NCBI GenBank assembly: GCA_044376115.1
Contig: JBILLK010000005.1
Span: 96,001-160,000, forward strand
Direction of reading: 5' to 3'
Source: Polyangiaceae bacterium
GTDB lineage: Bacteria > Myxococcota_A > Polyangia > Polyangiales > Polyangiaceae
Length of the DNA: 64,000 bases
A program made the translations under genes and the position numbers. Shown one piece after another: positions 1 through 9,423 of this stretch. Within the stretch, counting starts at the first letter, position 1, and every line of letters starts with the position of its first letter. Under the pieces are notes generated by a model. The model saw only the letters and a list, made by a program, of their open reading frames with translations. It was not told the origin of the DNA and ran no database searches.

Positions 1-1
1 T

Positions 2-451
2 CGCATTCGGAAGAGCCTCTCGGATCGTTCAAGCCGGCGCAGCTTCCAAGCTTTGAAGTCGACCATCTTTCTTGTCGATTTTGATTCGGGGGAGGCCATC
101 ACCCTTCGATTTGACCACGGTCGGCTGACACTTCATGACGGTGCGATCGGGATGCCATCGGTAACCTTTGGCGGCCCTTTACGTGCGCTCCTTAGCCTCG
201 ACCGCGTTAATTGGGAGAACCTCAAACAGGTCGCGCTTGGGCGGGAGAACTCTGATCTTTCTCTCGTCGACACAGATGATCGGCGGTCATCGCCGCCGCC
301 TGCATCGACCCGTCGTCCCAACGCTCCCGTTCGCGAACGCGTTTCGATGGGGGAGGTCTTGCGCCTCTACCGTGCTGGCGAGTTCAAGATCTACGGACTT
401 TGGCGTCATCCCCGTACGGTTGCCCGCTTCCTGCGGCTGATTCGTGCGTGA
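2..451 (+). CDS. SCP2 sterol-carrier-like domain protein (5' truncated by window edge)
   Basis: Frame is open from base 2. The pattern 'DFDSGEAITLRFDHGRLTLHDG...PSVTFGG' and the C-terminal 'GEFKIYG' resemble the SCP2 fold. Confidence 0.5.
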   Translation, partial: RIRKSLSDRSSRRSFQALKSTIFLVDFDSGEAITLRFDHGRLTLHDGAIGMPSVTFGGPLRALLSLDRVNWENLKQVALGRENSDLSLVDTDDRRSSPPPASTRRPNAPVRERVSMGEVLRLYRAGEFKIYGLWRHPRTVARFLRLIRA

Positions 452-576
452 GGGCTACACGCCGCCCCTCACCATGTCGGCCTTGGAGCCAGTCATTCCT
501 GACCCGTGTCAAGTTGAAGGACCGGTTGAACTTTGTGCCGGGTAAGTTGCATTGGCTTGGGCTACATTGAGAGGGC

Positions 577-1410
577 TTGGTCCGGCTTCGTTACCTGGGT
601 CACAATCTCGAGGTTCCCGAGGGTGAATTCGTCATCGGGCGTAGCTCGCGCTGTCAGCTCAGCATCGATGACCCTTTGATATCGCGCCAACACGCGGTGC
701 TCACCATACGAGGTGGCCACGCGACGGTTGAGGACCTGAGCAGTCGCAATGGAATCACCGTGAACGGGAAGCGAATTAGCGGCGTTACCGCGCTTCTTGA
801 TGGCGATTCGATAACGGTCGGAACACAGCTGATGACCATCCATGGGGTTGCGCCAGAGGCTGGGCGTCCCAAGCGCTCGGAGCTGCAGACAATGCAGACG
901 GCAGCGTGGCTTGAGCCTAGCGACGAAACCAACGCGGACGACACGCGCATCTCTCCCAGCCCCTTCAAGGTTGCACCCGACACGCGCGTCAACGAACTCA
1001 CGTTGGTTGGTGCTGTTGCTGAAAAAGCGCTGGCGATGGGCCGACCGGAGGATGCCCTGCGTCTGCTCGAGCGCCCGCTGCGAGACATCTTGCACCGCAA
1101 CTTGCGCGAGCCGTCGTTGGACGGGCAACTGGCTCAACGCGCGGTTGGGCTCGCAATGAAGCTGGCTTCGACCACCAATCGTTCCGACTGGGTCGACTTC
1201 ATCTTCGAACTTTACACTGCCCGTCGGGAACTGCTCCCGCAGGCGGTGGTTGACGAACTTTACACTGTTTTGCGGCGTATTCGCGGTGGTGGAGCATCCC
1301 TCCGCGACTACCTCGCGGCGCTTCGTGAGGAATCGGCGAAGTATGGCCCGAATGACCGATTCCTCATGTCCCGCATCGAAGGGCTCGAACCGTTCGTTGG
1401 TCTGAAGTAG
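577..1410 (+). CDS. FHA domain protein with helical C-terminal region
   Basis: FHA motifs IGRS, SRQHA, DLSSRNG in the first ~95 aa. Confidence 0.9.
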   Translation: MVRLRYLGHNLEVPEGEFVIGRSSRCQLSIDDPLISRQHAVLTIRGGHATVEDLSSRNGITVNGKRISGVTALLDGDSITVGTQLMTIHGVAPEAGRPKRSELQTMQTAAWLEPSDETNADDTRISPSPFKVAPDTRVNELTLVGAVAEKALAMGRPEDALRLLERPLRDILHRNLREPSLDGQLAQRAVGLAMKLASTTNRSDWVDFIFELYTARRELLPQAVVDELYTVLRRIRGGGASLRDYLAALREESAKYGPNDRFLMSRIEGLEPFVGLK

Positions 1411-1419
1411 GGTAGGGAC

Positions 1420-2250
1420 ATGCAGCATTTTCGGCTGCGATACCTCGCACACGACGTAGAGCTGTTTCCCGGTGAGTTTGTCATCGGGAGGAGCGAGGAG
1501 TGCCAGCTTTCCATTGATGATGCGATGGTCTCCAGGCGGCACGCGTTGTTGCGCGTTACTCCTTCGAGCGTGACTCTCGTGGATTTGGGCAGTCGCAACG
1601 GCGTTAGCCTGAACGGGACACGGATCAAGCAGGACACCGCGCTCAGTCACGGGGACCGCATCGCGATTGGCAAACATGAACTCGCACTCTCCGTCGTTGA
1701 TGCTCACTCGAAGCGCAACACCACCAACTTAGCGAGGACGTTAGGCGCGATCGACATCCGAGACCTCGAACTCGAGTCCGCTCGTCCTGCGGAACCGACC
1801 AGCGGAAAAGAGCTCGCGAGGATCATTGGATCTTTCAATACGCTCTCGAAGCTCGCGGACAAGGCGTTTGCACTCGGCCGAGCCGAAGAGGCTGAGCGCC
1901 TCTTGGTGGCTTGCTTCAGCGATTTGATCGCGGAGGTACAGAAGGGTACGGTTTGCACTTCCGAGCAACTCGAGCCGTTTGCCGTTTACGCCCTGCGTCT
2001 TTCGACTGAGCTATCAAAGGCGTCGTGGGTCGAGTGGATGCTGGAGGTACATCGACTGGCGGGCCTGATGTTACCCGGGCCAGCTGTGGAGGGGCTCTTG
2101 ACGCTTGGACCGAAGCTCAAGCACCTCTCGCGCACTCTGATCCTCGACTACGTCACGGGCCTATCGGAACAAACGTCGCTCACAGCCAACGAGCGCTTTC
2201 GATTGCATCGTCTCGAAGGGCTCGCGAAGCGCCTCTCATCGACTCGTTAG
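1420..2250 (+). CDS. FHA domain protein, tandem paralog of 577..1410
   Basis: IGRS, SRRHA, DLGSRNG motifs. Same length and architecture as the upstream gene. SD-like GGGA precedes the ATG. Confidence 0.9.
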   Translation: MQHFRLRYLAHDVELFPGEFVIGRSEECQLSIDDAMVSRRHALLRVTPSSVTLVDLGSRNGVSLNGTRIKQDTALSHGDRIAIGKHELALSVVDAHSKRNTTNLARTLGAIDIRDLELESARPAEPTSGKELARIIGSFNTLSKLADKAFALGRAEEAERLLVACFSDLIAEVQKGTVCTSEQLEPFAVYALRLSTELSKASWVEWMLEVHRLAGLMLPGPAVEGLLTLGPKLKHLSRTLILDYVTGLSEQTSLTANERFRLHRLEGLAKRLSSTR

Positions 2251-2259
2251 CGCGAGCCG

Positions 2260-2724
2260 CTACTTCCGAAAGCCCAACATGCGCGCCGCTGCTGCCTCGA
2301 GAGCCGCACGCAACTCAGGGTCCTCGACGCGTGCGAGGCTGTCGGCGAGAGGAGCGTCAAGCGGCGTAGGTCTCGGCACAAGTTTGGCCGCTCTTCGGTT
2401 GGCGCCAACATCGGGTTCGACGGCGCCAACCCGAAACCGCAGCTCATTCACCTGCAGGCCCAAAGAACGCAGACGCTGGATGATCGGCTGAGAGAGGAGC
2501 GACAGTTCGTTCGACCAGGCAGCGGAAGACGCCACCACCATCAGCAGTCCGCGATCCAACCGGATGGGACGGGTCTTGGCGGCGATTCTGGTTCCAACTG
2601 CGGTTTCCCAGTCGCGGTTCGAAACCGGGTTCCGCGTCTCCTTCACTGCCTCTTTCAGCAGTTTGTCGCGAACGAGCACCGACCCAAGGGTCTCGAGGGG
2701 CCGCTCTCTCTTGCGTCGCCTCAC
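2260..2724 (-). CDS. dciA: DUF721/DciA family helicase-loading protein
   Basis: 'WETAVGTRIAAKTRP...LMVVASSAAWSNEL...IIQRL...LRFRVG' matches the DUF721 pattern. Confidence 0.75.
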   Translation of the reverse strand: MRRRKRERPLETLGSVLVRDKLLKEAVKETRNPVSNRDWETAVGTRIAAKTRPIRLDRGLLMVVASSAAWSNELSLLSQPIIQRLRSLGLQVNELRFRVGAVEPDVGANRRAAKLVPRPTPLDAPLADSLARVEDPELRAALEAAAARMLGFRK

Positions 2725-2740
2725 GACCCGCCCACGCCTC

Positions 2741-3646
2741 TCATCGAGCGGGGTTCACGATGATCTCGACGCGACGGTTGTTCGCTCGGCCCTCGGCTGA
2801 GCCGTTGTCGGCGACTGGATTGTCCGGCCCAAGCCCAGCGCAGTGAATCCTATCTCCGGGGTAACCGAGCGAAACCAAGTGCGCTTTGACTGATTCAGCA
2901 CGCGCAAGCGAGAGCTTGCGGTTCTCCTCAGCAGAGCCAACCGAGTCTGTGTGACCTTCGATGCGCAGTTTTGGATGGTTCTGATCTTTTAGGACTCGGT
3001 AGACGGCCGTTAGCTTCTCTTTGGCAATCGAGAGCAGATCACTCTTGCCGGACGTGAACAAGACCGAGCCGTCGAGGGTAATGACGACACCGCGTTGCTC
3101 CTCTTTGACTTGCGCCATCTCTTTGAGGCTTGCGAGCGCTGCCGCAGCGACGCGCTCGGCCTCCTTCCGGGCTTTCTCCGCTTCACTTCGGCCGCGCTCG
3201 GCCTCCTCGCGGGCTTTCCGCTCAGCCTCGGCACGTAGCCGTTCTTCCTCAGCCCGTTGCTTCTCTGTTTGGATCGCAGAGCGCGCTTTCTCAAGTTCCT
3301 GTGCGCTGCGTTCCTTGAATTCGTTTTCGGCAGCGAGTTTGGCATTGTCGGCTTCGGCTGTTTCTCCTGCCGCTGCTGCTAGTCGCGCTCGGCGCTCCGC
3401 GATGTAGCCGAGCGCGCGCGTCTCTGCCGAGTCTTCGGTATCTCTAAATGAGCGTTCCGCTTTTTGAAGAGCCTGTTTGGCGCTATCGAGTGCAGCTGGC
3501 GCGAGCGTAGCGGCGAGGCTGGCCTGTGCCTTTTCATAGCTCTTGCGGGCTTCGAGTAGTTCCTTTGGTGGAGCGACCGTTGCGCAGCCAGCGAGCAACG
3601 CCATCGACCATCCCAAGCCTGCTGCACGCATCCAACGAGTGTTCAT
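2741..3646 (-). CDS. OmpA-family peptidoglycan-binding lipoprotein with DUF4398-like N-terminus and coiled coil
   Basis: Lipobox LAGC. OmpA C-terminal motifs IEGHTD, NRKLSLARA, GRANNRRVEI. Confidence 0.9.
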   Translation of the reverse strand: MNTRWMRAAGLGWSMALLAGCATVAPPKELLEARKSYEKAQASLAATLAPAALDSAKQALQKAERSFRDTEDSAETRALGYIAERRARLAAAAGETAEADNAKLAAENEFKERSAQELEKARSAIQTEKQRAEEERLRAEAERKAREEAERGRSEAEKARKEAERVAAAALASLKEMAQVKEEQRGVVITLDGSVLFTSGKSDLLSIAKEKLTAVYRVLKDQNHPKLRIEGHTDSVGSAEENRKLSLARAESVKAHLVSLGYPGDRIHCAGLGPDNPVADNGSAEGRANNRRVEIIVNPAR

Positions 3647-3990
3647 GGCGTCACCGGCTTTAGCTTTTGCAGGTTCTTCTTCGCTTCTTCGGCTTGCGTG
3701 CGGCTTGCTTGGCGCCGCGCAAGTTGCCTAGCGAGTTCAGCGTCGGCCTCGGCCTTTCGCAGCGATCGATCCGCACGGTCGTTGTCCTCGGCCTCCATCT
3801 GCGACTTCCCCTTCTCAAGCGCTTCCCGAGCTAGCTTCAAATAGAGTTGTGCCTCAGGGTCTAGCTTGTCGGCACCAGCTTCTTCCGCGCCGCGCACCGC
3901 TGCTTGCGACGCAGCCAGCTGGTCTACCGGTGTTGGTCGACCAGCGCAGCCGGCCAAAAGGGAGAATGCCACCAAAAGAACGGTCCTCAC
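3643..3990 (-). CDS. DUF4398-like helical lipoprotein
   Basis: Lipobox LAGC; 'AVRGAEEAGA...LKLARE...AEADAELA'; 4-bp overlap with the OmpA gene. Confidence 0.8.
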   Translation of the reverse strand: MRTVLLVAFSLLAGCAGRPTPVDQLAASQAAVRGAEEAGADKLDPEAQLYLKLAREALEKGKSQMEAEDNDRADRSLRKAEADAELARQLARRQASRTQAEEAKKNLQKLKPVTP

Positions 3991-4012
3991 GATGGGCAGT
4001 TATATCCCCGAT

Positions 4013-4028
4013 TGCGATTGGACTGCCA
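4013..4028 (-). promoter_or_regulatory. Possible sigma-54 (-24/-12) promoter for the DUF4398-OmpA operon
   Basis: Minus strand reads TGGCAGTCCAATCGCA (GG-N10-GC), ~24 nt upstream of the start at 3990. A TATAAC -10-like element just downstream is an alternative. Confidence 0.35.
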
Positions 4029-4232
4029 CCAACGTGGCTGCACGAGACTCTTGCTGAGTTGCGGTCACCCACTGCTGGATCAAAGATCCACCTTGAGCCT
4101 CAATGATCGCGAAGCGGTGACGCGCTCGGGTCGGTTTATCGAGCGAAATTGCGCGCGACAGTGAAATGTTCCGCGGGCGGTGCACGGAAAGGTCCCTGCG
4201 CTGGTCGGCGTCGTCCTTGCATCGGGTTGCTC

Positions 4233-5105
4233 ATGACCTCTGGCGGCGCGCTCAGAACACCCGAAAAGCGAACTGACTCTGATGCTCCCCGTTCAGGTAT
4301 TCGGTCAGTGCCCCGTCCGCCGCTCAAGGCTCCAAAGGCCCCTCCGCCGTTGAAATCAGCGCTCGTCTCGTCAAGGCTACCCGCGGCCTCGGTGAAGCCG
4401 TCTGAACCGCCGTCGAGTCAGCTTCCGCCGCCTGCTCGCGAGTCGGTGCGCGCTGCCGTGAGGCCGCGTCCCTCGCGGCTCGATCTCGGGTTGCGTGCTG
4501 CGCAACGTCCGACGCTTGACACCATCGTCAACGAGGCGATGACCGCTCCTCCTGCGCCGCTCGCAACCCCCGAGCCTGCGCCCGCCATCGTTGTGCCGGA
4601 GGCACGTGTCGTCCCGGCCGCCCCGCCGATTCCGCCTCCTCGCGAGTTGAAGGCGGAGCTTCCGCGCAAACCCCAGCCGGTCAGCCGTGGATTCACCACG
4701 ACCGCACAGGATTGGCCAATCGCGCAGGTCCCCAGTGCGCCAGCTCTGCTCTTGCCCGAGTTTGGTGCACCTCCGTCGGGCGCTCCGGGGCCAACACAAC
4801 ACTCCCTTCCAGCTTTCCTACCTCCCCCGGGAATGTTCGATGAGGCCAGCAATTGCAACGTAGCCGTGGGCTGCGATGAAGTCGCTGAAGAGCTATCTCC
4901 AGTAGCTCCGCGTCCCTTAGCGGAGCCTATTCTCGAGCATAGGCCTATCGAAGAGCAGCCAGTTCCGGCCGTGGTTCTTGACCCGCGCGAGCTCGCCACG
5001 TTCAAGTCGCCGGGGCTCCTCCAACTCATTCAGGGCCTCCCGCGGTGGCTCTGCTTTGCGGGTGGAGTCGCAGCCGGAGTCCTCGCAACGTTGCTACTCG
5101 TGTGA
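4233..5105 (+). CDS. Proline-rich hypothetical protein with C-terminal transmembrane anchor
   Basis: Long Pro/Ala-rich ORF ending in hydrophobic WLCFAGGVAAGVLATLLLV. Start uncertain (4149 or 4233). Confidence 0.55.
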   Translation: MTSGGALRTPEKRTDSDAPRSGIRSVPRPPLKAPKAPPPLKSALVSSRLPAASVKPSEPPSSQLPPPARESVRAAVRPRPSRLDLGLRAAQRPTLDTIVNEAMTAPPAPLATPEPAPAIVVPEARVVPAAPPIPPPRELKAELPRKPQPVSRGFTTTAQDWPIAQVPSAPALLLPEFGAPPSGAPGPTQHSLPAFLPPPGMFDEASNCNVAVGCDEVAEELSPVAPRPLAEPILEHRPIEEQPVPAVVLDPRELATFKSPGLLQLIQGLPRWLCFAGGVAAGVLATLLLV

Positions 5106-5108
5106 CGA

Positions 5109-6581
5109 TCAGCGCGATATCTTTGCTCGCGTAAGCGTCACGTCGAATTGCGTCGAGCCGCGCCCCACGGTCACAGTGACGCGCGTGCCCTCAGCACCTC
5201 GTAGGCGTTGCACGCAATCGGAGACGGAGAAGGTGCCTGCGTCACGTCCTTCAATGCGCTCGATGCGGTCTCCCGGCTCGAGTTTGGCCGCCTCCGATGG
5301 GCTGCCCGCAATGACGGACGCTATCTCGACGAAACGCTCTCCTTGCATGAGCGTTGCGCCAATGCCGGTCATTTCCATGTCGGTGCCGTCCCCCTTCTTA
5401 CCGAGATCAATCGTGAGCGACGCGCTCGAGCTGCGGTCGATCGTAATGATTCGCTCTTTGTACTCGGGGTGTGCCACCCGGATGGAGAATGACTCGGTTG
5501 GAACGCCTTCCAGCTCGAAGACTCCGGCGTCATCGGTCATGGTCGGTTTGAAGAAGGCACCGCTGGACGAGGCCGCATCAAGCCGCACGGTAGCCCTCGC
5601 GATTGGCTTTCCGCTCTCGCGGTCGGTGACGCTGCCCGACACGATTCCACCGCGACCAAGCTGGATCGTGACCCCTCGGACGTGCTCGCCTGCTGCGACC
5701 TCGACCAGCCGACTCTTCGCTGGTGGTCTGCCTTCGGCGGTCGCTACTAACACATAGGAGCCCGGGGCTAGCCCGTTCAGCGTGAATGCGCCGTCGGTGT
5801 CGTCGACTGCGACCTGCTTGCTCATCCTCTTTGAGCGAGTCCCGCTGCTGCTTTGGAAACTCTCGACTCCGATTGAGTACTTTGTGAGAGGTGAGCCATC
5901 TTCCTGCCGTACTTGCCCAGAGATTTTAGCAGGTCCTTGCAGTGTGAGCTCGTTGGGTGCACCGCCCTTTAGGGTCGTCGCTTGTGAAATCTGATCGTTG
6001 AAACTAGCCGTTGCGCTGCATCCGTCTGCTGACGGGGGAAAGGTGAATTGACCGGTTGCGTCGGTGAGCGCTGTTTCCTTGTTGCCGCTCGCACAGATAA
6101 CCATCGCACCGCTGACAGCGTTGCCCGCCTCGTCCACCACCGAGCCTTTGATGGATACCGCCTCACTCAGAACGAGGTCGTGCTCGTTGCTCAGAGCATC
6201 GATAGCAAGTTCCAACGTTGTCGTTTGAAAGCCGTTCTTGCTGACCTCAAGCACGCCAGCAGAGGCTGCCACCTTGAGCACAAAGCTGCCATCGCCACGC
6301 GAACTTGCGTTGCCCGCTTTCTTTCCGCCCACAAGCCACGTGACCTTGGCGCCACTAATCGGAGTCTTCGAGGCATCGACAACCGTGCCTCTCAACTCAA
6401 CGCGCGTCTTCGTCGTGGGAGTCGCGGGGCCAGCCGATGTCCCAACGCTTGCCGCCGAGGGCACCGTTGTTAGCGAGGTAACATCAACGCGAGGAAACAG
6501 AAACCACGCAAGCGCAGCGGGCAACAGCAATACGAAGCAAAGCCCCACCGTTATCCACGTGCTGCGTGAAAGCCGAACCAC
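5109..6581 (-). CDS. Membrane-anchored carboxypeptidase-regulatory-like (beta-sandwich) repeat protein with C-terminal PDZ domain
   Basis: N-terminal TM segment; repeated GxVxD...PIxGAxV...TDxxGxF units; PDZ signature GIGATL...GSPS...LEPGDRI. Start placed at GTG 6581, just after the upstream gene's stop. Confidence 0.85.
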   Translation of the reverse strand: MVRLSRSTWITVGLCFVLLLPAALAWFLFPRVDVTSLTTVPSAASVGTSAGPATPTTKTRVELRGTVVDASKTPISGAKVTWLVGGKKAGNASSRGDGSFVLKVAASAGVLEVSKNGFQTTTLELAIDALSNEHDLVLSEAVSIKGSVVDEAGNAVSGAMVICASGNKETALTDATGQFTFPPSADGCSATASFNDQISQATTLKGGAPNELTLQGPAKISGQVRQEDGSPLTKYSIGVESFQSSSGTRSKRMSKQVAVDDTDGAFTLNGLAPGSYVLVATAEGRPPAKSRLVEVAAGEHVRGVTIQLGRGGIVSGSVTDRESGKPIARATVRLDAASSSGAFFKPTMTDDAGVFELEGVPTESFSIRVAHPEYKERIITIDRSSSASLTIDLGKKGDGTDMEMTGIGATLMQGERFVEIASVIAGSPSEAAKLEPGDRIERIEGRDAGTFSVSDCVQRLRGAEGTRVTVTVGRGSTQFDVTLTRAKISR

Positions 6582-6582
6582 T

Positions 6583-7131
6583 TCAGCTACTCGAACGCAA
6601 TCTCGCGCTGGGGTCAGCGCCGATCCCGCGAAAACCGCAGGCACCGACAATGCTGCACCTATTGCACGTCGGCTGCATGGGGAGACAAATAGCACGCGCG
6701 TGGTGATCGAGCAGAAGGTTGGCGCGGCGCGCGAGGCTGAGCGCCTCGCTTGCGGGCAGCTCGGCGTCGAGTGCGCGCGCAATCGACTCAAAGTTCTCCC
6801 CTGGGTAACCTACTCGAACGACGAGTCGTAGCGCTTCCTCACTCGGAGCGACGGAGCTCAGGTGGCCCGTCCAAAGCAGAACGCGATCACTGGTTGGCCT
6901 GTGCGTGACCCCGCACTCGCGGAGCTGTTTTCTGGCCTCGTTTAGTGGGAGCGCGCGCAGCGCCGGAAGCGCCCTCAGCACGGTATCTGCAACCTGCTGT
7001 TCGAGTTCGCCAAGCGCGCGAGTCAGGCCCGCGGTTTCGGCGGGAAGCTGGGCGTCGCGATGGAGTGTCTCGATGATTCGCTCCAGCTTGGAACGAGGCC
7101 GTCGAGTCACCTTGGATTGAAAATCGGCCAC
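6583..7131 (-). CDS. Endonuclease III (HhH-GPD)-related protein with 4Fe-4S motif, catalytic residues apparently absent
   Basis: C-X6-C-X2-C-X5-C motif (CLPMQPTCNRCSIVGAC) preceded by 'LLDHHARAIC'. Confidence 0.7.
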   Translation of the reverse strand: MADFQSKVTRRPRSKLERIIETLHRDAQLPAETAGLTRALGELEQQVADTVLRALPALRALPLNEARKQLRECGVTHRPTSDRVLLWTGHLSSVAPSEEALRLVVRVGYPGENFESIARALDAELPASEALSLARRANLLLDHHARAICLPMQPTCNRCSIVGACGFRGIGADPSARLRSSS

Positions 7132-7256
7132 AGGTTACGACTCATGCACGAGCGAAGGTCGCGCCGAGCCTCCTCATGGTACTCGGTTTTCGCCCGGTCG
7201 CAGGTACTGTTGGTCCGACTTGGCAATGGACCAATAGGCTATTGGCGTTAGTCGCG

Positions 7257-7505
7257 CTACGGCTTTGCAGGAGCCGTCGAGGCCGATGGCTTGGAGACAG
7301 CGCTTGGTTCCGGCTTTGCTTGCCGCGCTTTACTCGGCGCCCGTGCTTCCGCCTCGCGCTCGCCAGCCGGTCCAAGGTCAACGTCCGCCGGCTCGGGCGG
7401 CCACGGGGACTCGCTCGAACTGCCCCCACAACCGCCCACTGCGAGCACAAGAATCAAAGCTAGACCAGCGACTCGAGCATTCTGCACGCAGCTCACTTCC
7501 GCCAT
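7257..7505 (-). CDS. Small putative lipoprotein
   Basis: Hydrophobic stretch then VGGC, followed by 'SESPWPPEP'. Co-oriented with its neighbours. Confidence 0.55.
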   Translation of the reverse strand: MAEVSCVQNARVAGLALILVLAVGGCGGSSSESPWPPEPADVDLGPAGEREAEARAPSKARQAKPEPSAVSKPSASTAPAKP

Positions 7506-7550
7506 GCAAGACCCGGCTTCAAGCCAATTCCGCCGAAGTTTTATCAACGC

Positions 7551-9311
7551 TCAATCGCGGTGCTTCAACGCAAAGCGTGCCACCAGCAGGCAAAGCACGG
7601 CGTTGAGCGAGAGCCACAACCAAAGCCCGGGTTGGCCGAACGGCGAGAAGGTCTGTCCCAGTGCGAGGAGTGAAACGAGAAAGCTCGCCGTGCCCGCGGC
7701 GATTCCGCCAACAAAGCCACGCAGCCGCTTCACATGAAAGGTTGTCACCAGGAGGGCCAACGGAACGAAGACGTTGGCTAACGGCAGCAGCCGATGGAGA
7801 GAGGCGCCAACGAACAAATCGAGTTCACCAAGCGGTCGCGAGAGCAGGTCCACTGGCAGGAAGGCTCGTGAGGCAACGAAAGGCAGCAAAAACAAGCCCG
7901 GCCCAGCGAGCACACCACCTAGGGCGAACCCCGGGTTCAACACGCTAACCGTCTTGTCGCGTTGCTTGGCAAAGACCGTCAGCAGCAATGCAAACAGCGC
8001 GAGCAAGCCGCTTCGCCACAAACCCTGTTGCAGAGTTGCCGCTCTCGCTGCCGCTCCCGCATCAAGGATGCCGGCCCCATAGAAGGCCCGCCCCTCTGAC
8101 GAGGGATCAACGTCCCGCGCGCTCTTGAGCAACGCATTCTCAACCGCCTCGGGGTCGGAGAGCCCGGCACCGACTAACAAGGCTGCCGCGCCGGCGACGT
8201 GCGGTGAGGCCATGCTCGTGCCCTTCCAGCCCGGGAAGATTTCGCAGGCGTTTTTCCCTCCGTCGCAGATCGTTTGCTGAACGACGTCCACTCCAGGTGC
8301 AGCGATGTCGACGCCCTTTCCGCGCGAGGAAAAGCTCGCAAGCTTGTCCGATGGGTCGGTGGCAGATACCCCGATGACGCCAGTCGATCCTCCTGGAAAT
8401 CCTACCGATCCCCCGCTGTTTCCAGCGGCTGCAACGACCACGGTTCCCTGTGCCCGGGCGTGCGCAACTGCGTCCTCGAGCACCTTCGAATTACGAGGAC
8501 CACCAAGACTCAAATTGATGACCTGTGCCCCGTGATCGGAGGCCCAGCGAATGCCATTGGCGATATCCACCGTTGTGCCCCAGCCGCCCTTGTCGAGGAC
8601 CTTGACCGGCATCAGTCGGGCTCCGAAAGCCAAGCCAGCTGCGCCGACTCCGTTGTTCGTGGTTTGGGCGATGGTGCCGGCCACATGCGTGCCGTGACCG
8701 TGGTCGTCGTTGGCATGCGCGTCGTTGCGGATGAAATTCCAGCCGTCCACGCAACGTGTTGCGTTGAGATCCGTACCCTTGCTGAAGCCGTTAAAGTCCT
8801 CGCAAGCAACGCCCGTATCGATCACGGCGATGGTGACGCCGCGCCCGGTACCCCAGTTCCAAGCCGTCTCGGCGCCTACCCGCGTCATATGCCACTGCTT
8901 TTCGTACAGTGGGTCGTTCGGCACGTAGTTGGCTCGAACCCACGCTAGCGGTTCTGCACCCTCGATTCGCTCATCTCCGACCACACGGGTGATCGCTTGC
9001 TCTACGGAGAGCCCCGGAACGCGGGCGAGCTGAATGCGGGTCTCCTCCCCGAGGTCAGAATCGAAGAACTGCAAGCCGGGCAACTTCGCAGCAAGCGAAC
9101 TCTCGACCTCCTTCACTTCCGACATCGACAAGTCGTCGTCGAGGTCGACAACCACCCACCCCGGTATGTCCCAGGCGCTCTCTCCAAGAAAGACGCTGCT
9201 CTCCGGAGGCGCCGGAAGCTGCGGTTCATCGGCCGCTGCAGTTCGCGATGAAGCAGCAACCGCCAATAGAGCCGCGAGGCTGAAGACCGGAGCGCCGAAA
9301 CGTGTGAGCAT
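7551..9311 (-). CDS. S8 (subtilisin) serine peptidase with C-terminal multi-pass membrane domain
   Basis: Catalytic triad motifs VIDTG, HGTHVAG, GTSMASPHVAG. Signal peptide. Several C-terminal hydrophobic helices. Confidence 0.93.
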   Translation of the reverse strand: MLTRFGAPVFSLAALLAVAASSRTAAADEPQLPAPPESSVFLGESAWDIPGWVVVDLDDDLSMSEVKEVESSLAAKLPGLQFFDSDLGEETRIQLARVPGLSVEQAITRVVGDERIEGAEPLAWVRANYVPNDPLYEKQWHMTRVGAETAWNWGTGRGVTIAVIDTGVACEDFNGFSKGTDLNATRCVDGWNFIRNDAHANDDHGHGTHVAGTIAQTTNNGVGAAGLAFGARLMPVKVLDKGGWGTTVDIANGIRWASDHGAQVINLSLGGPRNSKVLEDAVAHARAQGTVVVAAAGNSGGSVGFPGGSTGVIGVSATDPSDKLASFSSRGKGVDIAAPGVDVVQQTICDGGKNACEIFPGWKGTSMASPHVAGAAALLVGAGLSDPEAVENALLKSARDVDPSSEGRAFYGAGILDAGAAARAATLQQGLWRSGLLALFALLLTVFAKQRDKTVSVLNPGFALGGVLAGPGLFLLPFVASRAFLPVDLLSRPLGELDLFVGASLHRLLPLANVFVPLALLVTTFHVKRLRGFVGGIAAGTASFLVSLLALGQTFSPFGQPGLWLWLSLNAVLCLLVARFALKHRD

Positions 9312-9423
9312 CGCTCAAAGGTAGCGCTCTCAGTCCGTTCGACAAGCGCCGATCCCATTCAACCACCACGGCTGCCATCGAGTGATGCTCCGTGCCTCGA
9401 ACCATGCTAGTTCCCCCGCGAAT

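Noticed and set aside
562..1707. 381 aa minus-strand ORF
   Set aside because: Antisense shadow of the two FHA genes; no motifs.
6582..6791. N-terminal extension of the PDZ protein in the ORF track
   Set aside because: Overlaps the Fe-S motif gene; GTG 6581 gives a proper N-terminal TM segment.
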